This document shows positions 1 through 9,085 of a stretch of DNA of 24,560 nt, piece after piece. The DNA lies in the IMG/VR virus record IMGVR_UViG_2563366883_000007. One strand, given 5' to 3'. Position numbers and translations under genes: made by a program. Under the pieces are notes generated by a model, which did no database searches, was not told where the DNA came from, and saw nothing but the letters and a program-made list of their open reading frames with translations. Each line of letters begins with the position of its first letter. The first letter of the stretch is position 1. The stretch comes from a virus. Its lineage: Duplodnaviria > Heunggongvirae > Uroviricota > Caudoviricetes.

Positions 1-5
1 TTGAT

Positions 6-2087
6 ATGGTTATTAGCGCACAGGAATTGTTGCAGGAAGACATGGCAACATTCGACGGACATATCGTTGAAGCGTTGATGAAAATGCCAGAAGTTAACGC
101 CATGTTTCCGGAGCTTAAGTTGCACGCCATTGGGTGGGTTAAGCATAAATGTATTCCTGGTGCTAAATGGCCCGAAATTCAGGCAGAGATGCGCATCTGG
201 AAAAAACGTCGCGAAGGTGAACGCAAGGAAACCGGAAAATACACGTCTGTTGTTGATCTCGCCCGCACCAGAGCCAATCAACAGTACACTGAAAATTCAA
301 CAGGAAAAATCAACCCGGTCATTGCTGCCATTCATCGCGAATACAAGCAGACATGGAAAACACTGGATGACGAACTGGCCTACGCTCTCTGGCCTGGTGA
401 TGTGGTTGCCGGAAACATTGACGGCAGCATCCATCGCTGGGCAAAAAAAGAAGTTATCGACAACGACCGCGAAGACTGGAAGCGTATCTCGGCATCAATG
501 CGCAAACAGCCTGATGCCCTTCGCTACGCCCGCCAAACTATTTTTGGCCTTGTCCGTGAGCGTCCGATCGACATTCACAAAGATCCCGTAGCACTGAACA
601 AATATATCTGCGAATACCTGACGACAAAGGGCGTGTTTGAGAATGAAGAAACAGACCTGGGCACTGTTGATGTTCTCCAGTCATCAGAAACACAAACTGA
701 TGCAGTGGAAACTGAGGTATCTGATATCCCAAAAAATGAAACCGCGCCGGAAGCTGAACCATCTGTAGAGCGTGAGGGGCCGTTCTATTTCCTCTTCGCA
801 GATAAGGACGGAGAAAAATACGGTCGCGCAAACAAACTTTCTGGTCTGGATAAGGCACTGGCTGCTGGCGCCACTGAAATCACAAAAGAAGAATATTTTG
901 CCCGAAAAAATGGCACATACACGGGCTTACCGCAAAATGTAGATACCGCTGAAGATTCAGAACAACCAGAACCGATAAAAGTTACCGCTGACGAAGTAAA
1001 CAAAATTATGCAGGCAGCCAATATCAGCCAGCCTGACGCCGATAAGTTGCTTGCTGCATCACGTGGTGAATTTGTTGAAGGGATTAGTGACCCGAATGAT
1101 CCGAAATGGGTTAAGGGGATCCAGACCCGCGATTCTGTGAACCAGAACCAGCATGAATCGGAACGGAACTACCAAAAAGCGGAACAAAACAGCCCAAATG
1201 CGTTACAAAACGAGCCAGAAACGAAACAGCCTGAACCAGTGGCGCAACAGGAAGTGGAAAAAGTCTGCACCGCCTGCGGTCAGACCGGCGGCGGCAACAG
1301 CCCTGATTGTGGCGCGGTGATGGGCGACGCAACATACCAGGAAACATTCGATGAAGAGTATCAGCCTGAAGTTCAGGAAGATGATCCGGAGGAAATGGAA
1401 GGCGCTGAACATCCACACAAGGAGAACACTGGCGGCAATCAGCATCACAATAGCGATAATGAAACTGGCGAGACGGCAGATCACTCAATTAAGGTGAACG
1501 GTCATCACGAAATCACATCCACCAGCAGGACGTGTGACCATCTAATGATCGACCTTGAAACCATGGGAAAAAATCCTGATGCCCCGATCATCTCAATAGG
1601 TGCAATATTTTTCGATCCGCAAACCGGAGATATGGGACCGGAATTTAGTAAGACTATCGATCTGGAAACTGCTGGCGGAGTCATTGATCGGGACACCATT
1701 AAATGGTGGCTTAAGCAATCACGCGAAGCGCAATCTGCCATTATGACCGATGAAATCCCGTTAGATGATGCACTGTTACAATTGCGGGAATTTATCGACG
1801 AAAACTCCGGTGAATTTTTTGTTCAGGTTTGGGGAAATGGAGCCAACTTCGACAACACGATTTTGCGCCGTTCATACGAACGGCAGGGGATCCCCTGCCC
1901 GTGGCGTTACTACAACGATCGCGATGTACGCACAATCGTTGAGCTGGGGAAAGCCATAGACTTCGATGCCAGAACGGCTATTCCATTCGAAGGTGAGCGC
2001 CATAATGCACTTGATGACGCCCGTTACCAGGCAAAATACGTTTCAGTTATCTGGCAAAAACTGATCCCGAGTCAGGCTGATTCTTAA
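6..2087 (+). CDS. Phage protein with C-terminal DnaQ-like (DEDDh) 3'-5' exonuclease domain and a long acidic low-complexity central region; possibly 5'-partial
   Basis: C-terminal motifs in the translation: MIDLETMG (Exo I, D-x-E), WGNGANFDNTIL (Exo II), HNALDDARYQ (Exo III, H-x-x-x-D). Residues about 210-500 are E/Q/P/N-rich. The reading frame is open to the window edge. Confidence 0.6.
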   Translation: MVISAQELLQEDMATFDGHIVEALMKMPEVNAMFPELKLHAIGWVKHKCIPGAKWPEIQAEMRIWKKRREGERKETGKYTSVVDLARTRANQQYTENSTGKINPVIAAIHREYKQTWKTLDDELAYALWPGDVVAGNIDGSIHRWAKKEVIDNDREDWKRISASMRKQPDALRYARQTIFGLVRERPIDIHKDPVALNKYICEYLTTKGVFENEETDLGTVDVLQSSETQTDAVETEVSDIPKNETAPEAEPSVEREGPFYFLFADKDGEKYGRANKLSGLDKALAAGATEITKEEYFARKNGTYTGLPQNVDTAEDSEQPEPIKVTADEVNKIMQAANISQPDADKLLAASRGEFVEGISDPNDPKWVKGIQTRDSVNQNQHESERNYQKAEQNSPNALQNEPETKQPEPVAQQEVEKVCTACGQTGGGNSPDCGAVMGDATYQETFDEEYQPEVQEDDPEEMEGAEHPHKENTGGNQHHNSDNETGETADHSIKVNGHHEITSTSRTCDHLMIDLETMGKNPDAPIISIGAIFFDPQTGDMGPEFSKTIDLETAGGVIDRDTIKWWLKQSREAQSAIMTDEIPLDDALLQLREFIDENSGEFFVQVWGNGANFDNTILRRSYERQGIPCPWRYYNDRDVRTIVELGKAIDFDARTAIPFEGERHNALDDARYQAKYVSVIWQKLIPSQADS

Positions 2088-2159
2088 TGTTCAACTGTCG
2101 CCGGTTGTGACTGGTATTCTGCAACCGGCGCTCGTCTGATGTAAGAGATAAAGAAATCG

Positions 2160-2411
2160 ATGAGCGAAGTAATCATGATTGTCTCTCCCGGCAAATGGGT
2201 ATCCGAAGAGCAGTTAATTGCGCTGAAAGGAATAAAAAAAGGTACGTTAAAAAAGGCCCGGGAAAAATCGTTTATGGAAGGAAGGGAATATAAGCATGTC
2301 GCTCATGACGGTATGCCATGGGATAACAGTCCATGCTTTTACAACCTGGAAGAAATTGATCGCTGGATTGAGCGCCAGGCATCAGCGAGACCAAGACGTC
2401 ATCTTACTTGA
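2160..2411 (+). CDS. xis: Excisionase (lambda Xis-like)
   Basis: 83-aa ORF immediately upstream of the integrase. It contains EGREYKHVA, resembling the DGREYLFHE segment of lambda Xis as recalled. Confidence 0.6.
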   Translation: MSEVIMIVSPGKWVSEEQLIALKGIKKGTLKKAREKSFMEGREYKHVAHDGMPWDNSPCFYNLEEIDRWIERQASARPRRHLT

Positions 2412-2430
2412 CTAAAAGCCACACTAACTA

Positions 2431-3726
2431 ATGAGAGAAGTTGAAATGAAATATCCGACAGGCGTGGAAAACCATGGAGGGAAATTACGTATCTGGTTTG
2501 TTTATAAAGGCGTAAGAGTCAGGGAAAATCTGGGGGTTCCTGACACAGCAAAAAACAGGCGCGTTGCAGGTGAACTACGCTCCTCTGTTTGTTACGCAAT
2601 AAAAACTGGTGTTTTCGACTATGCAAAACAGTTTCCCTCCTCACGCAATCTGGAAAAATTTGGTGAGGCCCGACAAGATTTAACCATAAAAGAACTGGCT
2701 GAAAAATTTCTGGCACTGAAAGAAAATGAAGTCGCCAAAACATCACTCAACACATACCGTGCCGTCATCAAAAATATCCTGAGCATAATCGGTGAAAAAA
2801 ATCTTGCCTCATCGATTAATAAAGAAAAATTACTGGAGGTTCGTAAAGAGCTACTGACTGGATACCAGATCCCCAAAAGTAACTATATTGTTACACAACC
2901 AGGGAGATCGGCTGTAACTGTAAATAATTACATGACAAATCTTAACGCCGTGTTCCAGTTTGGTGTTGATAACGGTTACCTGGCAGATAATCCGTTTAAG
3001 GGGATCTCGCCATTAAAGGAATCAAGAACCATTCCGGATCCTCTTTCGCGGGAGGAATTTATCCGTCTTATCGATGCGTGCAGAAATCAGCAAGCAAAAA
3101 ATTTATGGTGTGTTTCTGTTTATACTGGCGTTCGCCCTGGTGAGCTGTGTGCACTTGGATGGGAGGACATAGATCTGAAAAATGGAACAATGATGATCAG
3201 GAGAAATTTAGCAAAAGACCGTTTCACGGTACCAAAAACACAGGCGGGAACCAATCGGGTCATTCATCTTATTAAGCCAGCAATCGACGCTCTCCGGAGT
3301 CAGATGACATTAACGAGACTGAGTAAAGAGCATATCATTGATGTTCACCTCAGAGAGTATGGCAGAACAGAAAAACAAAAATGCACCTTTGTTTTTCAAC
3401 CTGAAGTGTCAGCGAGAGTAAAAAATTATGGTGACCATTTTACCGTTGACTCAATAAGGCAGATGTGGGACGCAGCGATAAAACGTGCCGGACTCCGCCA
3501 TCGAAAATCATATCAGTCGAGACATACTTATGCCTGCTGGTCGCTGACAGCTGGTGCTAACCCGGCATTTATAGCAAACCAGATGGGCCATGCAGATGCG
3601 CAAATGGTATTTCAGGTATACGGAAAATGGATGTCTGAAAACAATAATGCACAGGTAGCTTTGTTAAATACACAGTTAAACGAGTTTGCCCCAACCATGC
3701 CCCATAACGAAGCAATAAAAAATTAA
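2431..3726 (+). CDS. int: Tyrosine site-specific integrase (phage integrase family); the start may be the internal ATG at 2446
   Basis: N-terminal arm-binding-like segment (GKLRIWFVYKGVRVRENLG). Catalytic-domain signatures: TGVRPGEL (R box), HTYACWSL...GHADAQMVFQVYGKW (H-x-x-R and Y). Sits at the prophage/host junction. Confidence 0.9.
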   Translation: MREVEMKYPTGVENHGGKLRIWFVYKGVRVRENLGVPDTAKNRRVAGELRSSVCYAIKTGVFDYAKQFPSSRNLEKFGEARQDLTIKELAEKFLALKENEVAKTSLNTYRAVIKNILSIIGEKNLASSINKEKLLEVRKELLTGYQIPKSNYIVTQPGRSAVTVNNYMTNLNAVFQFGVDNGYLADNPFKGISPLKESRTIPDPLSREEFIRLIDACRNQQAKNLWCVSVYTGVRPGELCALGWEDIDLKNGTMMIRRNLAKDRFTVPKTQAGTNRVIHLIKPAIDALRSQMTLTRLSKEHIIDVHLREYGRTEKQKCTFVFQPEVSARVKNYGDHFTVDSIRQMWDAAIKRAGLRHRKSYQSRHTYACWSLTAGANPAFIANQMGHADAQMVFQVYGKWMSENNNAQVALLNTQLNEFAPTMPHNEAIKN

Positions 3727-3913
3727 TTTAATATTTATCAAATAGTTAACACGCATGACTCTTGAAATCCATAAATTCAAGCGCAGTGCCCAGCCATCCC
3801 GATACTGCTGCTTTCACCAAATCCTTAGTGCTTCTTTCGTGTTTTTCTATTGTCATAATGGTTATCTCTAAAAAAGAGGTAAGATGCGTACTACTTACTC
3901 GCCGTTATTGGTA

Positions 3914-4933
3914 TTATTCAGAAAAAGTGAGTAAGACTTTGCAGCAATGTTTTTGATCCTGTTCAAATAAACTAATGGCATCAGCAACATGCTGGAAATC
4001 AAACGTATGGGTAATTAATTTTTCTGGTTTAATTAACCCTTTACTTAACCAGTCGATAACGACCGGGAATTTATTTGCATTTAAGCGTGAAGAGAAAATA
4101 GAGAGTTCTTTTCCGGTAATTCCTTGCTGAATCACTTCAGACGGTTCACTGGAGAAGCCCATCAATACAATACGTGCCGCTGGAGAAGCCAGCGTTACGG
4201 CCTCTTTCAGGATAGAAGGATGACAAGCCGCATCGATAATTAATGTCGGCTTGATGCCTTTTTCAGTGAAAATCTCGCCAAGCGGTGTCTGGCTGTTATT
4301 AATCGCCCAGTCAGCCCCGCTCTCTTTCGCTTTTTCCAGTCGTTCATCAATGCGATCGGCAACAATCACATTTTTAACGTTATAGACGCCTTTTAATACC
4401 TGAACGATCGTCAGGCCGATTGGACCGGCACCATAAACCAGAACGGTATCATTTTCAGTCGGTTGACCATGACTGGTTACGTTAGCCGCAATGGTAAAAG
4501 GTTCGATCATCACCGCATATTGATCGGCCACTGCTTCAGGAATTTTCCACGCATTTTTTGCCGGAACCACAGCATATTCACTGAAACCACCGTCAGCGTG
4601 CACACCTAATACAGCGAGTGTCGTACAAACGTTCGGCTTACCTATTGAGCACGGATAGCAATGACCACAGCTGACCACCGGATCGACAGCAACACGTTCA
4701 CCGACTCTGGCGCTTTCCACACCTTCACCCACCGCATCAATGACGCCAAAGAATTCATGACCAATGACGCGCGGATATTTCGCAAAAGGATTATGCCCAC
4801 GATAAATATGGCTATCTGAACCACAAATTCCGGCAAGTTTTACTTTTACTCGAACTTCACCCGCTGACGGGGTGGGTATTTCACGTTCGATAATCGCCAG
4901 TTGATTCGGTTTTTCAATTAAAATGCTTTTCAT
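3914..4933 (-). CDS. rspB: Zinc-dependent alcohol-dehydrogenase-family protein, starvation-sensing protein RspB
   Basis: The translation from the internal Met (MKSILIEKPNQ...) gives 339 aa with the GHEFFG and Rossmann GAGPIG motifs. An AAGGAG Shine-Dalgarno lies 8 nt upstream of ATG 4933. The track ORF extends 8 codons further upstream. Confidence 0.92.
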   Translation of the reverse strand: MKSILIEKPNQLAIIEREIPTPSAGEVRVKVKLAGICGSDSHIYRGHNPFAKYPRVIGHEFFGVIDAVGEGVESARVGERVAVDPVVSCGHCYPCSIGKPNVCTTLAVLGVHADGGFSEYAVVPAKNAWKIPEAVADQYAVMIEPFTIAANVTSHGQPTENDTVLVYGAGPIGLTIVQVLKGVYNVKNVIVADRIDERLEKAKESGADWAINNSQTPLGEIFTEKGIKPTLIIDAACHPSILKEAVTLASPAARIVLMGFSSEPSEVIQQGITGKELSIFSSRLNANKFPVVIDWLSKGLIKPEKLITHTFDFQHVADAISLFEQDQKHCCKVLLTFSE

Positions 4934-4944
4934 TATCTTACTCC

Positions 4945-6159
4945 TTACCAGTTCCACAGCGTGCCATCTTCCAGACGTGCGACTGGTAGATAAGCAGGTT
5001 CATAGGGATATTTCGCCGCCAGCTTTTCATTGAATTCGATGCCAAGACCCGGTTTGTCTCCCGGATGCATATAGCCGTTATCGAAAGTCCAGTTGTGCGG
5101 GAAGACTTCGAGCATTTGTTCGGAATAACCCATGTATTCCTGGACACCGAAATTGGGGACCCACAGATCAAAGTGCAGCGCTGCAGCCATGCAGACTGGT
5201 GACAAATCGGAAGGACCGTGTGAGCCAGTACGTACCTGATACAGCGAAGCAAAATCGGCAATCCGGCGCATACCGGTAATTCCGCCTGCATGGGTCAGCG
5301 TGGTGCGGATATAATCGATTAGTTGCTCTTCAATCAGTTGTTTGCAGTCCCAGATGCTGTTGAAGACTTCACCCACTGCGATGGGTGTGACGGTATGTTG
5401 GCGAATGAGACGGAAGCATTCCTGGTTTTCCGCAGGCGTCGGGTCTTCCATCCAGAACATGCGATAATCTTCAATGCTTTTACCAAAGCGCGCCGCTTCA
5501 ATAGGCGTTAAGCGATGGTGCATGTCATGCAGCAAATGTTCATTAAAACCAAACTTGTTACGTACCGCGTCAAACAATTTCGGCATGAAATCGAGGTATT
5601 TCTCCGTCGACCACAGCTGCTCTTCCGGCCACTGTCCTTTGGTTGCGGGTTCATAAGCCAGACCTTTACCTTTCGACATGCCGTAGGTGGTTTTCATACC
5701 AGGGATTCCGCACTGCACGCGGATGGCTTTGAATCCCAGCTCCTGATGACGGGCATAATCATCCAGAGCTTCATCAATACTGTGACCGGTGGTATGGCAA
5801 TAAACCATCACCCCTTCACGAGACGCGCCGCCGAGTAACTGGTAAAGCGGCATGTTGGCAGCTTTGGCTTTAATATCCCACAGCGCCATATCAACCGCTG
5901 AAATGGCCGACATCGTAACCGGACCGCGACGCCAGTAAGCACCTTTATAGAAAAACTGCCAGATATCTTCGATACGGTGCGCATCGCGACCAATAAGCTG
6001 CGGACAAAGGTGATCCTGCAAATAAGAGGCCACGGAAAGCTCACGTCCATTGAGGGTGGCATCCCCAAGGCCCGTAATACCGTCCTCAGTGGTGATTTTT
6101 AATGTGACGAAATTACGCCCCGGACAGGTAACAAAAACTTCAGCCTTTACGATCTTCAT
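4945..6159 (-). CDS. rspA: Enolase-superfamily dehydratase, starvation-sensing protein RspA
   Basis: 404 aa from the internal Met ([17 protein letters not shown]...), with an AAGGAA Shine-Dalgarno upstream. Same operon arrangement as rspB, with an 11-bp gap. Confidence 0.92.
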   Translation of the reverse strand: MKIVKAEVFVTCPGRNFVTLKITTEDGITGLGDATLNGRELSVASYLQDHLCPQLIGRDAHRIEDIWQFFYKGAYWRRGPVTMSAISAVDMALWDIKAKAANMPLYQLLGGASREGVMVYCHTTGHSIDEALDDYARHQELGFKAIRVQCGIPGMKTTYGMSKGKGLAYEPATKGQWPEEQLWSTEKYLDFMPKLFDAVRNKFGFNEHLLHDMHHRLTPIEAARFGKSIEDYRMFWMEDPTPAENQECFRLIRQHTVTPIAVGEVFNSIWDCKQLIEEQLIDYIRTTLTHAGGITGMRRIADFASLYQVRTGSHGPSDLSPVCMAAALHFDLWVPNFGVQEYMGYSEQMLEVFPHNWTFDNGYMHPGDKPGLGIEFNEKLAAKYPYEPAYLPVARLEDGTLWNW

Positions 6160-6364
6160 GTTCGATTCCTTGCATCGCTTGTCGTGATGCATGAAATCTA
6201 CGCAACTGAGCTACTACCATACAAGTATGAAGATCAAAAAAAGCCGGAGTGATCACAAAAAAAGGCGTATATTTGCGCTGTGAATGGTTGACAAAAGATG
6301 AAATAGAATACCTTTTGTCAGCTGACACTTCCTCGTATCTTATTGATAAAATGGATTTATGTTC

Positions 6365-6691
6365 CTACGTGCGCCCCCAGCCCGCAACAATGATCAACAT
6401 GCCGCAAAGCGCAATCAACGCCCCCGTCCAGTCATAAAGAGTCAGTTTCACGCCATCCACAACGCGCAGCCACATCAACGCCGTGCAGACATAAACGCCA
6501 CCATAAGCCGCGTAAACACGCCCACTCGCCGCAGGATGCAACGTTAACAACCAGACAAACAGCGCCAGTGAAATCCCCGCCGGAAGCAACAGCCAGATAC
6601 TGGCGTTTCGTTTTAACCACAACCAGGGCAGAAAGCATCCAATAATTTCACACAGCGCAGTAGCAAAAAATAGTAACGTTGTTTTAATCAT
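6365..6691 (-). CDS. ynfA: UPF0060 family small inner-membrane protein YnfA
   Basis: 108 aa from [19 protein letters not shown]...; highly hydrophobic, about four predicted transmembrane segments. Confidence 0.88.
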
Positions 6692-6825
6692 CTTTGTCAC
6701 TTATTGACATCATGTATAGTTATAGGGCGACATAATATCATCAATATAAACACCCTCCTGGTACGTTTTGCGTTCGCAGTGGATGGTGTAGAATCACCTT
6801 TAATCATTCATACAGGGAATGAATT

Positions 6826-7167
6826 ATGAAAATCACTCTCAGCAAACGAATCGACCTGCTCGCTTTTCTGCTGCCTTGCGCATTGGCATTGAGCACAACT
6901 GTTCATGCCGAAACTAACAAACTGGTGATTGAGTCTGGCGACAGTGCACAAAGCCGCCAGCACGCCGCTATGGAAAAAGAGCAATGGAATGACACGCGCA
7001 ATCTGCGTCAGAAAGTGAATAAACGCACTGAAAAAGAGTGGGATAAAGCCGACGCCGCTTTTGATAACCGCGATAAATGTGAGCAAAGCGCCAACATCAA
7101 TGCCTACTGGGAGCCAAATACTTTGCGCTGCCTGGACCGTCGAACTGGCCGCGTTATTACCCCCTAA
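6826..7167 (+). CDS. ynfB: Secreted or periplasmic small protein YnfB (UPF0482)
   Basis: 113 aa with an N-terminal signal peptide ([18 protein letters not shown]); matches recalled YnfB. Confidence 0.88.
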   Translation: MKITLSKRIDLLAFLLPCALALSTTVHAETNKLVIESGDSAQSRQHAAMEKEQWNDTRNLRQKVNKRTEKEWDKADAAFDNRDKCEQSANINAYWEPNTLRCLDRRTGRVITP

Positions 7168-7201
7168 CCTGTTATTGATTTAAGGAATGTAAGGACACGT
7201 T

Positions 7202-7762
7202 ATGCCAAGCGCCCACAGTGTTAAGCTACGCCCGCTGGAGCGTGAAGATTTACGCTATGTACATCAACTCGACAATAACGCCAGTGTGATGCGTTACTGG
7301 TTTGAGGAACCCTACGAAGCCTTTGTTGAACTCTCTGATCTGTATGATAAGCATATTCACGATCAGAGCGAACGGCGCTTTGTGGTGGAATGTGACGGCG
7401 AAAAAGCCGGTCTGGTGGAGCTGGTGGAAATTAACCATGTTCATCGCCGCGCAGAATTTCAGATAATTATCTCCCCGGAGTATCAAGGTAAAGGTCTGGC
7501 AACCCGTGCCGCCAAATTAGCAATGGACTATGGCTTCACCGTTCTCAATCTCTATAAGCTGTATCTGATCGTTGATAAAGAGAATGAAAAAGCGATTCAC
7601 ATTTACCGCAAGCTTGGCTTTACGGTTGAAGGTGAATTGATGCATGAGTTCTTTATTAATGGTCAATATCGTAATGCCATTCGCATGTGTATATTCCAGC
7701 ATCAGTATCTGGCAGAGCACAAAACACCGGGTCAGACTCTCCTGAAGCCGACCGCACAATAG
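7202..7762 (+). CDS. speG: Spermidine N1-acetyltransferase (GNAT family)
   Basis: 186 aa with the GNAT acetyl-CoA-binding region ([18 protein letters not shown]); matches recalled SpeG. Confidence 0.93.
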   Translation: MPSAHSVKLRPLEREDLRYVHQLDNNASVMRYWFEEPYEAFVELSDLYDKHIHDQSERRFVVECDGEKAGLVELVEINHVHRRAEFQIIISPEYQGKGLATRAAKLAMDYGFTVLNLYKLYLIVDKENEKAIHIYRKLGFTVEGELMHEFFINGQYRNAIRMCIFQHQYLAEHKTPGQTLLKPTAQ

Positions 7763-7764
7763 CA

Positions 7765-8475
7765 TTAATAATAATCGATTGTATTTTTGATGGTGTAAAC
7801 CCGTTCGACGGCGGGTTTTACTCCTTCATCAACAATGATTAGCTGACAGTCCACCGGATTGGCGTGACTGTCATATTCACAGCTCTGTTTTACATTACCA
7901 ACCCGTTGATTGTTCAGTAAAGTAACCGCTGTGTAATCTAATTTTTTGATCGGATCCGTTGATGGCGTGGCGCTGACAGATAATGTTTTGTCGTTACTTT
8001 TCGTGGTTTTACCCAGCGGATACCCCTGATCATCATAGCGATATTCCATCTGCATCTGTTTGCTGCTGGCTTTAATCACGAAGCCATTATCATCGGTTTC
8101 CCAACTCACCCCGGCGGAAGGTAATTCCGCTAGCTGGCATTTTCCCTGTAAACGTACTCTCTTCTCCAGCGTCTCGGCATCACGGTAATAATTGGCGTCC
8201 AGTACCAGAGCGACCACGGTATTATTTTCCAGATCCAGTAATTCGAGTGAATCAAAACAGCCTTCTTCCGACAAAGTCCCCGAAACACGTTTCGTCACTT
8301 CACCTTGCTCATCCATTAATGTCTGAGTGAAATCTTTTACCGGACCACGCAGCGGATCAAAATCAAATTTATTAGAGAAACTGGCCATCTCAGGAGTAAA
8401 TGAAAGTGTTACCTCTGTGCGGTCACATCCTGTGAGTAATATCGCGAGTAAGCATGGCAGTAATTTGTATTTCAC
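7765..8475 (-). CDS. ynfC: UPF0257 lipoprotein YnfC (GTG start inferred)
   Basis: 236 aa from VKYKLLPCLLAILLTGC with a lipobox (LTGC). Convergent with speG. The track ORF is 12 codons longer. Confidence 0.85.
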   Translation of the reverse strand: MKYKLLPCLLAILLTGCDRTEVTLSFTPEMASFSNKFDFDPLRGPVKDFTQTLMDEQGEVTKRVSGTLSEEGCFDSLELLDLENNTVVALVLDANYYRDAETLEKRVRLQGKCQLAELPSAGVSWETDDNGFVIKASSKQMQMEYRYDDQGYPLGKTTKSNDKTLSVSATPSTDPIKKLDYTAVTLLNNQRVGNVKQSCEYDSHANPVDCQLIIVDEGVKPAVERVYTIKNTIDYY

Positions 8476-8582
8476 ATCAGTCACCAGAGAGTAGAGATGA
8501 TTCTCAATCATAGTAGCAAATACAGTACTTTACACGTTAAATGCTATGCTTAAAAAAGTTATCTTCGCGTAAGGAGCTTATG

Positions 8583-8888
8583 ATGAAACTCTCAACCTGC
8601 TGTGCCGCGCTTCTGCTCGCCCTCGCCTCACCCGCGGTACTCGCCGCGCCGGGATCCTGTGAGCGCATACAGAGCGATATATCACAGCGCATTATCAATA
8701 ATGGCGTACCCGAAAGCAGCTTCACGTTAAGTATTGTACCCAATGACCAGGTTGATCAGCCTGATTCCCAGGTCGTCGGGCATTGTGCTAATGATACGCA
8801 TAAAATTCTCTACACCCGCACCACCAGCGGTAACGTCTCTGCTCCCGCGCAGTCTACCCAGGATGGCGCGCCTGCCGAACCGCAGTAA
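8583..8888 (+). CDS. ynfD: Small secreted protein YnfD (DUF1161)
   Basis: 101 aa from MKLSTCCAALLLALASPAVLA (signal peptide). AAGGAG at 8571-8576 precedes ATG 8583. The track ORF starts further upstream at 8541. Confidence 0.85.
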   Translation: MKLSTCCAALLLALASPAVLAAPGSCERIQSDISQRIINNGVPESSFTLSIVPNDQVDQPDSQVVGHCANDTHKILYTRTTSGNVSAPAQSTQDGAPAEPQ

Positions 8889-8972
8889 TACATTATCGAC
8901 TGAACGCCGGATACGACGCATCCGGCGATTTGAACATATAACATAACCCACCTTATTACTCATACCCTTCTA

Positions 8973-8986
8973 TTGATATGGATTAA
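8973..8986 (+). promoter_or_regulatory. Candidate FNR half-site pair (TTGAT-N4-ATTAA) upstream of ynfE
   Basis: Read directly: ttgat atgg attaa, one mismatch to TTGAT-N4-ATCAA, about 100 bp upstream of the ynfE start codon. Anaerobic FNR-dependent expression of the ynfEFGH operon is established knowledge. Confidence 0.4.
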
Positions 8987-9085
8987 TAATTCTTAACCCA
9001 AAATGGGTAGACTCCCTCTATTGTTAGCGCGCTAAATATTCAATATATAAACTTTTATATAACGATAAAGAACAGGGAGTGAGTT

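Larger units (their letters stand above)
1..3913. mobile_element. Integrase-proximal end of a lambdoid prophage (exonuclease-like gene, xis, int, then att region) abutting rspB; it extends beyond the window start
   Basis: Gene order exo-like, xis, int reading toward the host junction resembles the lambda pL operon end. Host gene rspB begins immediately after. The exact att core within 3727-3913 was not identified. Confidence 0.7.

Noticed and set aside
130-1488. Several overlapping ORFs (130-591 +, 538-858 -, 785-1021 -, 1111-1488 -) within the exonuclease-domain gene
   Set aside because: All are nested in or antisense to the long 693-aa ORF and have low-complexity, Arg/Cys-rich translations typical of out-of-frame reading of a real gene.
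6160-6364. CRP-like site (TGTGA-N6-GACAA near 6283-6298) in the rspA upstream region
   Set aside because: The second half-site is poor and on the opposite strand to rspA; too weak to call without a matrix scan.
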